Assembly (NCBI RefSeq): GCF_003704095.1
Contig: NW_020846126.1
Span: 124,001-188,000, forward strand
Source: Pocillopora damicornis
Taxonomy: Eukaryota
Direction: 5' to 3'
DNA: 64,000 nt
Shown here: positions 35,751 through 48,200 of the stretch, piece after piece
How positions within the stretch are numbered: position 1 is the stretch's first letter
Layout: every line of letters starts with the position of its first letter
Translations under genes and position numbers: made by a program
The notes under the pieces: generated by a model
The model's database searches: none
The model's input: the letters and a program-made list of their open reading frames with translations, nothing else
Told to the model about the DNA's origin: nothing

Positions 35751-38552
35751 TCAGCTCTGATTTTCTTCCTTACTTAACTCTTGCGGACCATCGCCAAAGG
35801 TAAGAACAGGATTATCATAAGCCTGCGCCGAATCCGCCAAGGAACTCTCCTGACTATCTATCAAAAGTTGACGACTTCCAACCGACCCCGCTGACCTGGG
35901 AACGTCTTCTTTAGATTCAGCAACAGTCATTTGATTGTCCGACAGCCTTGGAAGGTTCCACTCTGGCATACCCAATGCGCCGACATTAAATTTATCTTGT
36001 TGATGAGCATCACCATTGGTTGTGCCAGTTAGTTTACCGCGGCCTCTAGCAGGTGACCTATTGAAAGAATACGCTCCAACTTTAAATTCATCATCAGCGT
36101 TGGGATCAGCAGCTGTCGCATCCACTTCCACAGGTTCTCCATAGTAGTTCACCCTGGAGTAGGAACTCGCACGAGGGATACCATGAAATCGCCTTAGTTC
36201 ATAATGTGTGTCGTTGGTAAGGAAAAAGCTTCCCTCACGTCGATCCTTGCGACATCGGAAAATAAGCACACAGATGCCGACGAAGAAAACAACAGCCATC
36301 AAGGTACCAAATCCTATGTAAAGATAAAACGCAATTTTATTGCTCTTGGCTTCGGTTGTTGGGGCCTGTGTAACTGGTGACGTGGGACGAACCACTTCCA
36401 ACTTACTCGCCCTGAACTTTTTTTCTCCCAGAGTTACACTAAAGTTTCCGCTGTCGACAATTTTCTTTAAAACTTGTACCACATTTTTTAATCCACCTGA
36501 TTGGTGAATAGTCATAGGAACTCGAATTGAACCACATGCAACATTCCCCATCACAATTGCTGATCTTGGAATCCTAAGTTTACTGGATACTTCCATCTGC
36601 ACCACCTCTCGAAAATCGTTCTCCCTATCTTTGTTGCTCTTGACGTAGTTACAATCTCCATCAAACACGACAACAACGGTCTCATTTTCATAAACAAGTG
36701 GTTGTTCAGTCACTACCTGTGAAGATGAAGGAGTTGGTTTTCTCGCGGTGGTCGCTGATGAGATAACGATCGATTTTAAAGCCACAGTATTTGATGTCGT
36801 TGAACTAACCAAAGAGTTTGTCATTGTGTTTACTGGTCCAATTGCAGAGATCGACGCTGAAACAGTTGGACTACCTGCGAGCATTGAACGCGACGATGTT
36901 GGGGTAACTTTAAGACTTGAGCTCGAAGTTGTACTACTACCTGCAGCACCTGAAGTTAAAGAGGCTGTGGGAGTTGCCGAGACTGATACGGAAGGTACAC
37001 CACTAACAACAGGATTCGAGCTTGAAAGTGCGTCACTGACAAAAGGACTTGTACTTGAAAGTGCTGCACTAACAACAGAACTCGAGCTTGAGAGTGCTGT
37101 ACTAACAATAGGACTTGTGTTTGAAAGTAAAGTAGTAGCTGTACTGCGTGAACTTGAAAGTGCTGCACTAACAACAGAACTTGTACTTGAAAGTGAAGCT
37201 ATAGCTGTACGGCGTGAACTTGAAAGTGCTGCACTTACAACAGGACTTGTGCTTGAAAGTGCTGCCGTAACTGTAGAGCGTGACCTTGAAGGTACCACAG
37301 TGCTTGAGCTTGATTGTACTTGTGTGAAAAAACGGCTTGAGCTCGGAATAACTACAGGACTTGAAGAAGCAGCACTAAAAGCACGACTTGAACTCGAAGA
37401 TGCTGATAGAGCTAAAGACCTAGACCTTGAAGACGCTGCTCCAACCACAGGACTTGAGCTTGAAGGAGCTGTGCTAACTGCAAGACGTGAACTAGAAGGT
37501 ACAGGTGACACTATAGATCTGAAGCTTGAAGATGCTACACTATCTATAGGACTTGAGCTCGAGGGTGCTGGAATAACTGAGAAACTTGAGCTTGAAGATG
37601 CTGGGATAACCATACCACTTGAGCTTGAGGGCGTCGCACTAACTAAAGGAATTGAGCTTGAAGGCACTGCACTAACCACAGGACTTAAGCTTGAAGGCAC
37701 TGCACTAACCACAAGACTTGAGCTCGAAGGCACTGCACTAACTACAGAACTTGAACTTGAAGGCACTTCACTAACTACAGGACTTGAGCTTAAAGATGCT
37801 GGAAAAACTGCTGGACTTGAGCTTGAAGATGCCATATTAATTACAGAGCTTGGGCTTGAATGGACTGGAGTAACTGCTGAAGTTGAGCTGGAAGGCATCA
37901 CATTAACTGCAGGACTTGAGCTTGAAGATACAGTAGCAACTGCTGGACTTGAAGGTGCCATACTAACAGCATGACTCAAGCTTGAAGGCGCCGAACTAAC
38001 TGCTGGACTTGCGCTTGGAGATGCTGGAGTAACTACTTGACTTGAGCTTGAAGATACCGCACTAACTACACGACTTGGGCTCAGGTGTGAACTGCTTACT
38101 GCAGGTCTTGAACTTGAAAGCACTGCACTAGCTACAGGGGTTGAGCTTGAAAGCACCACACGTATTGTAGGGGCTGACATTGAAAGCAACGTACTAGCTA
38201 CTGGGGATGAGCCTAAAGGCACCGTACTAGTCATAGGGCTTGAGCTTGATAGCACCGTTCTAACCAGAGCAGTTGAGCTTGAAGACACTTCACCAGTCAC
38301 TGGGGTCGAACTTAAAGTCGACGTACTCACAACAGCACTTGACTTTCTTGAGTTTAAAGATGCCGAGTTTCCTTTAAGTGCCCTTCTCTGTCTACTATGA
38401 ACGCGGTTGTATTCTTCCCGAAACGCCTCTAGAATGATGTTTTCAATTTTTCTTCCAGAAGAGAAAGTGATTTCTCTTGACTCTAGACGATTTCCATTGT
38501 TTCCTGTGAAATTGAGGTCCTTAGGTCTGGGTGTTTTCATTGAAATCACATT
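35751..38552 (-). CDS. Large terminal exon of a Ser-rich mucin-like single-pass membrane protein (furin site, Ser/Pro/Val repeats, SEA-like domain, TM, cytoplasmic tail); 5' exon(s) unresolved
   Basis: 932-aa ORF preceded by a pyrimidine-rich TTTCTAG acceptor at 38553. Contains RQRR, ~500 aa of SSSSPVVSAxx repeats, VVVVFDGDC...VACGSIRV, and TM IAFYLYIGFGTLMAVVFFVGICVLIF followed by RCRKDRREGSF. No signal peptide in this exon. Confidence 0.85.
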   Translation of the reverse strand, partial: NVISMKTPRPKDLNFTGNNGNRLESREITFSSGRKIENIILEAFREEYNRVHSRQRRALKGNSASLNSRKSSAVVSTSTLSSTPVTGEVSSSSTALVRTVLSSSSPMTSTVPLGSSPVASTLLSMSAPTIRVVLSSSTPVASAVLSSSRPAVSSSHLSPSRVVSAVSSSSSQVVTPASPSASPAVSSAPSSLSHAVSMAPSSPAVATVSSSSSPAVNVMPSSSTSAVTPVHSSPSSVINMASSSSSPAVFPASLSSSPVVSEVPSSSSSVVSAVPSSSSLVVSAVPSSLSPVVSAVPSSSIPLVSATPSSSSGMVIPASSSSSFSVIPAPSSSSPIDSVASSSFRSIVSPVPSSSRLAVSTAPSSSSPVVGAASSRSRSLALSASSSSSRAFSAASSSPVVIPSSSRFFTQVQSSSSTVVPSRSRSTVTAALSSTSPVVSAALSSSRRTAIASLSSTSSVVSAALSSSRSTATTLLSNTSPIVSTALSSSSSVVSAALSSTSPFVSDALSSSNPVVSGVPSVSVSATPTASLTSGAAGSSTTSSSSLKVTPTSSRSMLAGSPTVSASISAIGPVNTMTNSLVSSTTSNTVALKSIVISSATTARKPTPSSSQVVTEQPLVYENETVVVVFDGDCNYVKSNKDRENDFREVVQMEVSSKLRIPRSAIVMGNVACGSIRVPMTIHQSGGLKNVVQVLKKIVDSGNFSVTLGEKKFRASKLEVVRPTSPVTQAPTTEAKSNKIAFYLYIGFGTLMAVVFFVGICVLIFRCRKDRREGSFFLTNDTHYELRRFHGIPRASSYSRVNYYGEPVEVDATAADPNADDEFKVGAYSFNRSPARGRGKLTGTTNGDAHQQDKFNVGALGMPEWNLPRLSDNQMTVAESKEDVPRSAGSVGSRQLLIDSQESSLADSAQAYDNPVLTFGDGPQELSKEENQS
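36960..38330 (-). repeat. Degenerate 36-nt (12-aa) coding tandem repeat
   Basis: Plus-strand unit approximates GGACTTGAGCTTGAAGGCACTGCACTAACTACA, recurring with ~36-nt period. Confidence 0.85.
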
Positions 38553-41005
38553 CTAGAAAGAGAAAGATAAAAAAAACTTCGATGAGTTCGAGAAAAAAGT
38601 AAGCAAGGATCGAGGATTGGGGTCAGTTAACCCACACAAGGAACACTTAATCCGGCCACAACAAATTTTACTGACTGATATAACTATTCCAATTGAACAC
38701 GATGATAGTCGCAAATAATATCATATTAATTTACAAAACTATAATTTAGTGATCAACTGAAACCATCACCAAGCTTCAAAAGTGAAGGAGTCGGAGTATG
38801 GCATACAGTCTCTCAAACCTTCGCGGGGCTTATTTTACCAATATCTACATGTAATCAAAGTTCATTACTAAAACGCACATTTTCCAAAAAGGTAAGTTGA
38901 AATCTTAATAATTTGGCGAGTTGTAAGAATAAACATATTCGTGGAAAAGTTCAAAATTATCCAGGCGTCATAATCTCCGTTAGAAGTGAACATTTCGAAG
39001 CAAACGGCGTCATTCGGGAGATTCTATTCCAACTTAGTAGCACTTTGTTCTCAGCAAACACGAAACGTTAAAAAAGAAAAAAAAGAAAGAGGTCCTGGCT
39101 CTGACTTTGGTTTTCTACCGAGGACCCAAATTGCGCAAACTTCTAAATCTTCTAACTGAAAAAGAAAATGTCTTGCCGAGAGTGACAAGTGTTGGTTATT
39201 TTCCCAGCCTTCAACCTTACTTTTCACTTGGTTTACGCATACTAGACCACCAAAAACGTGGTCGTGAAAGCTACCTGGAGAAAACGTGACTGAAAAACTA
39301 TCCTTTCCTGCAAAGCGCCACCATGCCTTCGGTGAAGGTCAGGGGTTCAACTACATCATTGGCTGGCGGTTCACAGTGGGAGCGCGATGTTGACATAATT
39401 CTTCGAGGGGGCGTGAAATGCTTCTTAACCTCTGGAAGACGAAGACTCGCAATACGATTTCCACATGATGTCTCCTCTTCAAATGAATTCATAGAAATTG
39501 TGGGATTGACAGAGCGCCTTGAAATTTGGCCCAAACGTTTGCTGAACGAAGAGGAACGGAATTTTTTTTCCTTCCTTCCTAGCGGCCTCGAAAGGCGACA
39601 CGTCTGCAAATACTCGACAGAGAAAATCGATAAATCGATAGGTACACTGAAATGTTCACACTCTTTGAGAGAATGATCTTTTATGACTGCCACTATGCAG
39701 TTACACTTCGTGATCGATCAAGTTTAATACCCGATTTATTCGCCCGATTGGCATTTCAATTCAGTTTTAAGTAAAACAGCCCTCACTACATGCCCTCTTC
39801 TCTATCAAACTAACCAACTGATGACATATTGCACTAATATGACTCTGAATTCTCTGTAAATAATACAGGATAGGGAATTATACCATTAAAACAAAAATGT
39901 AGCCAGCTACCTTTTCATCAGCTGCCTTGCCACTTTCTTTGACCATCCTTATTATTAGTTTGGTTTCCAAGGGTAACAAACCTTAAAGATAAAAAAGTCA
40001 TCACCTTCAGAAATGGCACAAGGTGTAATTGGGTATTGGATGAATGGGAGAGTTGGCTGGGAAATAACAGATGAGAAATATAAACTAAGTGATTTGCCAG
40101 GTCAGAAATTAAGATCTTAAATCCTACATTGTTAGTTACCCATTCCAAAAATTGTCTGTCAATCATAATCATAACAATGTGCTTTTAGTTCTACTCCAAA
40201 CAATGACAAATACTTGAAATGGAAGAGAAAAAATGAAGTGGCTCAAATCATCAGTTTCAGTGTGATGGCCACTTACTATCAGGCAACTGTGGGACAAAAT
40301 AACTAAAGAGTAAATTGAACAATGTATTGCCTTTATAGTGTGAGAGCCTCTTTCCAGTAACAACTAAGACAAATATTGTTTCCTGTATCATACCTCTGTT
40401 CTGTGCTACAGTCAATATCTGTGGAACCTCTGTAGTGACCGCCACACATATCAAAAAATTTGGCTTCTTCTCTAACAGCCATGGAAGAAAGTTTTCTTTT
40501 CTAATGGAAATGTATTTCCTGTAATGATATTAAAAAGTTTTTCAAAATGATGTTGACAAACCCATCATTATTGAGGTGAATTGCTGGGAAATGATGAGAA
40601 ATGTCATATATTACTGGAAAATTAAACTGTGTGATTAGATGGAAAGTCTAGGAATACAAAATAAAACTTTGGTACTGATAGAAGATATGGACAAAAACCT
40701 ACAACACAGACAACATGCACTGGATTAGGGTTCAGGGAACCTAATGAGCAACTGTGGCTGGAGCTAATAGCACAAGAAACATCACAATTTAACATAAAAG
40801 AGGGCAATGATAAGCTCCCATACAGCTCAAGGGTATTTTTAATGTGGTGATGGCTTCAGAGGCATTATCCAAGCCGGCATAATGACTATCTTGAGAGAAA
40901 CTTTAAAAAATCCCTTTCTCTCACAAAAAATTTCCTTAGCCCTGGAAATGCCCCAGCAGGGAGCATTTAAGGCTTAGCAGAGCTTATTATCAGTGTTTTA
41001 TAAGG

Positions 41006-41705
41006 CAGGGGTCGCACTAGTGCTTTTGGTGTTTACATTGGACATAGAATCTGTCATAGCATGCTTACGACAAGTGCGACCCTTTTGTCGCGTCCAGACA
41101 TAACTATGTCCGAAGGACCTAAAGATCAAACAAGCCGATGTCCTGCCTCAAAGCAGGTCATATCTTGTCTAATGGCCTTAAAATAACAATTTTTTATTTT
41201 TCTTCAGTCGTCAACGTCAATCAAATCTGAAATACGGGCAGAAATTGGAGTTTTGCAATTCTGCAAAGGCAACACGTGTGCACTGCTAGCTACAGCTATC
41301 GGGTTAAAATTTTAGTCACCGGTTTTCTCTTCAAACGTTTTATCATGGCGAATTTCAACCCAGTAATTGACATCCGTCGACGTCGGTTTAAAGCGGCAAG
41401 GGCCAACATTTGCCGTTGGCGAATGTTGTACAATGCGTACAAACCAATAAGGTTTTGTACATTGAACAAATTAAACAGAGATTGAAGAAATGTCGCTAAT
41501 AAAACTAGCACCAGCCTCATGTCTAAAAATTATATTTGGCGCTCTTTTCGCGCGTGAAATATAAAGAGTTGACAGACTGGTTTCAAATATCATTTATGTC
41601 GCGCAAGTGCGACCTCCATGACTCCAGTGGTGTAAATGTCGCGACATATTTATGGGACAACTTATGACGCGACATAAGAAAAATAAGGCCACAGTGCGAC
41701 CCCTG
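41006..41705. mobile_element. 700-bp non-autonomous DNA transposon with 13-bp perfect TIRs
   Basis: CAGGGGTCGCACT (41006-41018) and AGTGCGACCCCTG (41693-41705); internal GTGCGACC/TGTCGCG repeats; CpG-richer than the flanks; no clean TSD. Confidence 0.75.
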
Positions 41706-44700
41706 TTAGGTTTTAGTCAAAATCTATTATCACAGCTAACAGGATGTGACCTTTGATGATCGCCAAAGTACAAAACCCACCCTAACACGTTAAACATTCT
41801 CTCATGGCCTCATCAATTATTTAAAAGAAAAGGCTCATGAGAGAAACTACTTTCCCTTGAACATCAAAAGCAGTTTTGGACTAAAGAGATGTTCTGTAGT
41901 GAATAAAAAACGCAAAGAAACTCTCCGAAGAATAAATATCAACGAACATCATGGTCGCGATCAGATCAAACTAAGTAAACCCACACAGCTGAAGAAACGA
42001 ATATTTTTTCCCAAAACAAAAACTTCTCACCGTAGTGGTAGTGTCTTACGCATCTAAATTATTCACATTATTCTTTTAAATAATTTATCAAAACTCAAGA
42101 CGGACTATCATTCTGAAATGAGAACAAAGCATATTAATTTTGTCGCGTGGCAAAATAACTAGCGGAATTCAAATATAGTAATTTGTTTCCAGTGTGAGCG
42201 CGAACCAAATATCGGAGCAAAGTCCGCATGAGAATATACAATATAGGTGACTCTCACAATTAAGAGCATTTTTTCGTAAGCTGGAAAAAATAAAACACTT
42301 TGGCGTTGCTTCAATGTTTTTAGCGAAAATTGTCGCGACAGTTGAGGCGAAGGGTTTCAAGAGGGGCCAAACCTAATTACGTGCCGCCGGAAAAAGACTG
42401 GCTTAATAGAATTTTTGACAGTTTCAGATGCATTCAGGTCCTTTACACGAGAAAATTTTGATGCTTGAGCGATCTAACATCTCAGACCGCGAAAATGTAC
42501 CTCAACTATTCAAGCTCGGAGACAATGGCAATTATTTGCTGCTTGAGTCTCAAAGAAGTCTTATATAATAACAAAACACCTCCATAAAACAACAAGAATT
42601 AAACAAAGCGAATGATTTTACCGATCTTGTACACTAGCCAATGTCTGAAATGAGCCGTGAGATTCAAAGCCGCCATCTCGTGCTCGTTGAAGGATAACAA
42701 ATTCATTCCCTAAATTGGCTTGATCTGCTCCTAGGAAAGATGTTTGCAACTTTTCAGCATCAATCATCGAAGAGCCAAGGTCTGCAATAAGTAAGATCCT
42801 TGATTTCTGCCAAACATTTGCTGTATCAGAAGCTGAAAGGTTAAAAAAATAGAATCAATGAGGCTGAATGCACAAGGCGATATTTCTCAATAATTACATT
42901 ATTCAATATTTTTTCCATGGCACGAAGCATTTCGTAGCATGCAACGTGTACATCGTAAGACCCGCGAATGAATGAGTTCATTCTATCTAATACATTGCGT
43001 AAACTATTTCTTTGCAGATGCTATGGAAAGCGATGTGATTTACTTCATTATCTACATAATGTGCTTACCTCTGCTAATGAAAGCACCAGTTCCAAGATAA
43101 AGGAATATGCTGGCAAGCATCGTCGAGGTCTTGTAACTCTTAAAAATCCTTCGTTTGTAAACAAAATGAGATAATTTCATTCAAATTAAAGCGATGCTTT
43201 ATGAGCTCAACAAACTTGGCGTTGGCAAATATATCATAGCGTATCACTATCCCTACTGTTGATATTGTTAAAAATCTAAAGAATATAACACAAACAACAG
43301 AAGATATTAGACCTCACTACCGCTAAGAACTCGCACCCATTTGTTCAGCCAAACGTACTCGCGCATGCAGGATACTCTGTTAGATTCCGCAGTTAATTTA
43401 CAGTTACGTCACCGTGACTGAGTAATTATCAACTAACCAACAAAAATATAACCTTGGTTAATCTGGAAATTTCAGTCTCTTTCCGAACCACGGCAACGTC
43501 AAGAATGATAATGACACAATTGAAAGAGAAATTAACAATGCGGAATAATAAAATTGCGACTTCTTTTCTTGCGGCAAAAAAGGTTAAATGTTGATGAAGT
43601 TCTTGCGAAGTGTTTGGTTTATAGCGGATTTTGGGAATTTAAGGCATAAGTGCCAAAAGCTAACCCTACAGCCAATTCTCTCTCCTCCGTCTCGATTTAG
43701 TGGAAAGATGAATGTTATGCTTTCGTGTCTGTAACAAATGCAACTGTTACTGATCGAGTGCAAATCTCCTTTGCATTTTTTTAGGTCCCCTGCTGTCAAT
43801 CCTATTCGGCAAAACTTCTGAAAGCTGTCAACAACTGTTCAGTACAACGTTAAATTTTCCAGGGCTCATCTTTGTAAAACATTTTCACTGTCACTGTTAC
43901 ATGTCACACAGTGTCAAGTTTATGTCACAGAATAATCTGAGTTTAGAAGTTTTTGAAAGCTTGTTTTTTTTTTTCAGGCATTTTTTAAACTTTCTCTGTC
44001 TTCTCTGTCCTATTTTTGTCGTACAGCGCTACAGTCGAAATCAAAGTACAATTACTGTAATAGTCCTCAGGCAAGACATGCTAAAAATGAAGAAACAATT
44101 AAAACAAATGACAACGCGAAGTGAATCTGTTTATTCCACTAGGTCTCACTATGGCCGATTGTGAAAGGATTATAAGAAAAGGATATTGGTGTTACAATGT
44201 GAAAGCGTGCAGTCATTGTCGGTGAAAATAAGAGCTGTCGAAGAGAATGAAAGAGTTGTTAGCATTGTAGCAGGGATGAACATCCTGAGAGAGTGGAGAG
44301 AAACACACACACATTTTGAGGTAACGGCTATCATGTGCCGACTTGTCCTGTGGACGCAGGAAATCATAAGCCTAATTTTGAACTGATGAATTTTAAACGG
44401 TCAGTCTCATTTAGGAGATTGTAAAATTCCATTCACAGGAGGCACAAACTAATAGAAAATAATTTTCTTTTGAAAGAAAATGGATCATTAGGAGTGGAAA
44501 CTAGAGGGCTCTTGAAATGAAAAAATGTCGGGTGCGTTCTGCTGTGGCGGAAATCGCCTCAATTTTTTTCACTTTACGGTCTAAAGAACAAATGTAATCA
44601 CGAACGCGAAAGTTGATGCACTTATCTCGAAACAATTAAGTATGGCTGACTTCAAACCTTTCAGACGTGAGATTTCCAGCCAGGCTTTTAACATAATTAT

Positions 44701-45217
44701 CTGCTACAAATCCAAACCTCTGGAAATTTCAGCATGATACGCATGTTACATAATTTCTTCCTCCGCTTTGCCTGCCATATTTTCCGAGAAGTCTTTTTTC
44801 AGAACTGTAAATGTGATAAGATTTTAAAGACGCAGGTCGGATTACAAGATTAAGAACGAATAAAAAGTTGAATAATGAATTAGCCTAAACTAAATTGACA
44901 AATTAAGAAGGCTTACTTTGTACTACCTCGCTGACACCTACATAATTCTTTTTGTAAGCTGAGGGTCCCAAAGGATAGGGCCGATTTCTCAAAATTAAGT
45001 AGACAGTTACTGAGTAGTACATGACAGCAGATTGTTTTGTTGCTCTCAGCTGATCAAAGTACTGCATACTCAAAATCTTTAGCCGAGCTTGATGCTTGTC
45101 TAGCTGTGAGGAAATGTAATTTCCTTCGCTAGCTAGAGTTTCTTTAAGATCAGAACTTTCCCAAAAACGCGAATAAATCATCTGAAAGTTGGTGAACGTT
45201 AAACCTGTTCGTTCAAG

Positions 45218-48200
45218 ATGATGGAATTGAACCTGACGCGCTTGGATTACTTACAGGTGCAGACGATGTTTATGGCTTCCTTGGATACCGAACTTTGCGC
45301 TTGGTTTTAGATATTAATTTATCGGAACTGAAATGAACGAACTTTTCTTTCCAGGTCGGTGTCACGTCTCCTAAGACGATGAAACTGTTATCTAGTGGTG
45401 GAAAACGGAGCGCTCAGAAGGTTAAACATACTTTGGATCATCAGTGCAGTTGGTCGTTCACGTTACTAAGTTCGAAATAATTTCATTGATTTCCAAAGAA
45501 AACAAATATATCTGTATTTTGAATTGGTGTTGTATGTTTTGCATGGAAAAAACTAAGTTTTTCTGTTTGGCCTGCGAGCTGGCGATTTAAAGTGAGTTTT
45601 CGATCTCAGGAAACGAAAGATCATACACACTCTCGACGTTCCTTTTCTTCCTTACTTAATACAGCATTTTCCTGTTCTAACTGACTTCCAGATTGCAATA
45701 GCTGATCATGATGGAGTACTTACTTGTTTTGGGATGAAAAAACAAACTTCTCAGGTTAGTTGTGTGGCACAGACAGTACTCAAATTTAAAATAAGGAACT
45801 ACAGGAACAATTAAATCGATCACAGTAATTATTCCTTCGTTAGAAAGCTGGGTGCATCGATATGGCGTGATTGGTTTGGAGAGGGATAAGAAGACTTGGT
45901 TGAAATTTCATACCTTTTGTACTTAATTTGATTCCCACTTACTGTAATACAGGTGGTTTTCAAAACACTTCCAGGATCACCAATCTCTAAGTTGCAACTT
46001 GGTGGCTTGGATGGTCCTTCGCAGGAGAAGGTGTTTGTGGCATCTGGGGCTGAAGTGCGTGGCTATACTAAGAAAGGAAAGCAGTTCTTAGGATTTGACA
46101 CCAATCTGACCGAAAGTATTCAGTCCATGTAGGTCCAATGTTTATCTTTCACTTTTGGAATAATAAAATATGTAAATTATGTTTTTTTAAAAATTTTGTG
46201 ATGTTGAATAAATTACTATTAATAGAAGCATGTTGTCTTTTTATTTTTGGCAGGTATGTTAATGGTGCTGATCTTTTCCTTTGTGGAAACTACATTTACA
46301 ATCATTACCGTGACTGCAAAGATGAAAACTATTTCTTGTCCGGAGATAAGATTACTGATGTCCTTTGTTTACCAACAAGAAAGTGAGAGAAATTTTCTGA
46401 TGTTTAAAATGAAAATCACATAATTTCTTACACCTTGGTTAACTGTTATTGTGGTATTTTGTTCAAAAATTTTGTATAAAAACAATTTTAGTAGGGGTAG
46501 GATGCAAATGCCTTCTCATGCCCTTTCCCAATACTTCTTGACACAGTTTACCAGAAATAATTGTTATCCAGCAGCCCAGATAACTCAACAGATTTTTGCT
46601 GAGGCTTATCTGCTGGAGTGACACAAAGTTTATCACATGGTTAGCAGTTATATACCTGTCATGTATCATAACTTTTTGGTGTCTCATCAAGAAATTCTAT
46701 TTTGGATAATTTTAGAAACACAGATGCGTTAGTCCCTATTTTGGCCTGTGAAGACAGAGTCTTAAGGGTTTTACAGGTTAGTGATATTAAAAATTTTCAA
46801 TTGGTAGACAGACTGAAATATTGCTGTAGCCACTACATAAGACTGATGTTTCCTAATAATGAATACTCCTACTACAAGATGTAACTCAATGTTGAAGTAA
46901 ATATTATAATTTTTTTTACAAGGATTCTGATTTGCTGTATGAAGTTGAAGTAGCTGGACCACCCATGGTGCTTGCTCTGCATGGTGGGAATGGAGGTTGG
47001 TAGTAAACATGGAATACAAGTAATTTTTAACAAGCCTTGAAAAGTATCTACCCAGGTGATTTTCGGAATGGTCATAACACTGATAGGAATAACGCGATGG
47101 AGCCCTTAAAAAAAAAGTTTACACTAGTCTTACACACTTATTAACCCTTCGACCCTTAAGATTGACCAGCTTCTAATTTCTCCCTACAATAATACACTGA
47201 ATCCCACATTAAGGTCACAAGAATAAGGGAAATGATCTGCACCAAGGAAATTCTTGATTGTTAAATAAATTCTCCTTGTAAGCATCCCTGGAGTTGTATA
47301 GAGAATATTCATTATGATATTAAAGTGTAAAGGGTTAATTAGATGATATGTAATGAGTTTTTGCCTCTGGTGCATGTTTATACTAGAGAACTATATACAC
47401 TACAGTGTTTACTGCTTTTATTGTTTATGTGTGTCAACATTTGATGCTTTGCATCAGATGATTACCACAGAATGATGACTTACTATAGTTGTAATAGTTA
47501 CTCTCATACTTAATTTTTGCCTTATCTTAAGGTTTGTCTGGAGAAGAAGTTTTGTATGGAACATCAGATGGAAAAGTGGGCATGATTCAGTTAGGAAGGT
47601 ATATGAAATGACTTAAAGTATTTGAATTTACATAGAAACAAGCTGAACACTTTCACAATTTTGTGCTCTCACCCAAACATTGGAATTGTCTGTTCAGACA
47701 TATTCCATATGTTCATGGTTTTCTGAGTTTAGTTAAATGTTACTAATCTTCATCAAGGATACAAATTCACCCATAAACAACTAGAGGAAGAGTCCTCTTG
47801 ACTGATAAAATCACAACTTTTTAACAAACTAAAGTCATTCACATGATAACTTTGAAATATTTATTTCCAGGCATTCACCAAATCACAAGTGGGAAATTCC
47901 AAATGAAAAGCGGAATGGAGGTGAGTGAGTTGATTTTAATTATTTGTTGACAAAGAAAGACCCTAAAAGAAGGTTTTTTATAGAACTAAGATGCTGCAAG
48001 ATCCTGGGAAATTTTTTTTATTTAATAATGGATCGGAATTGATTGTCAAAGCTGCATTTAATGTTGTTCCTGGCAGCCAGCTGGCATGCATTTGTATGTT
48101 GCAAGTTTTGGAAAATGAAACAACTTCAGGAGTTGAGTTAAGATTTAATGTGTTCTCTTTTTCTACATTTTTTCAGGTGTCTTGGCACTGGAAACTTTTG

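Noticed and set aside
36748-37974. 408-aa + strand ORF (LELEG repeats)
   Set aside because: Antisense shadow of the Ser-repeat exon; GTG start, and it coincides with the repeat region
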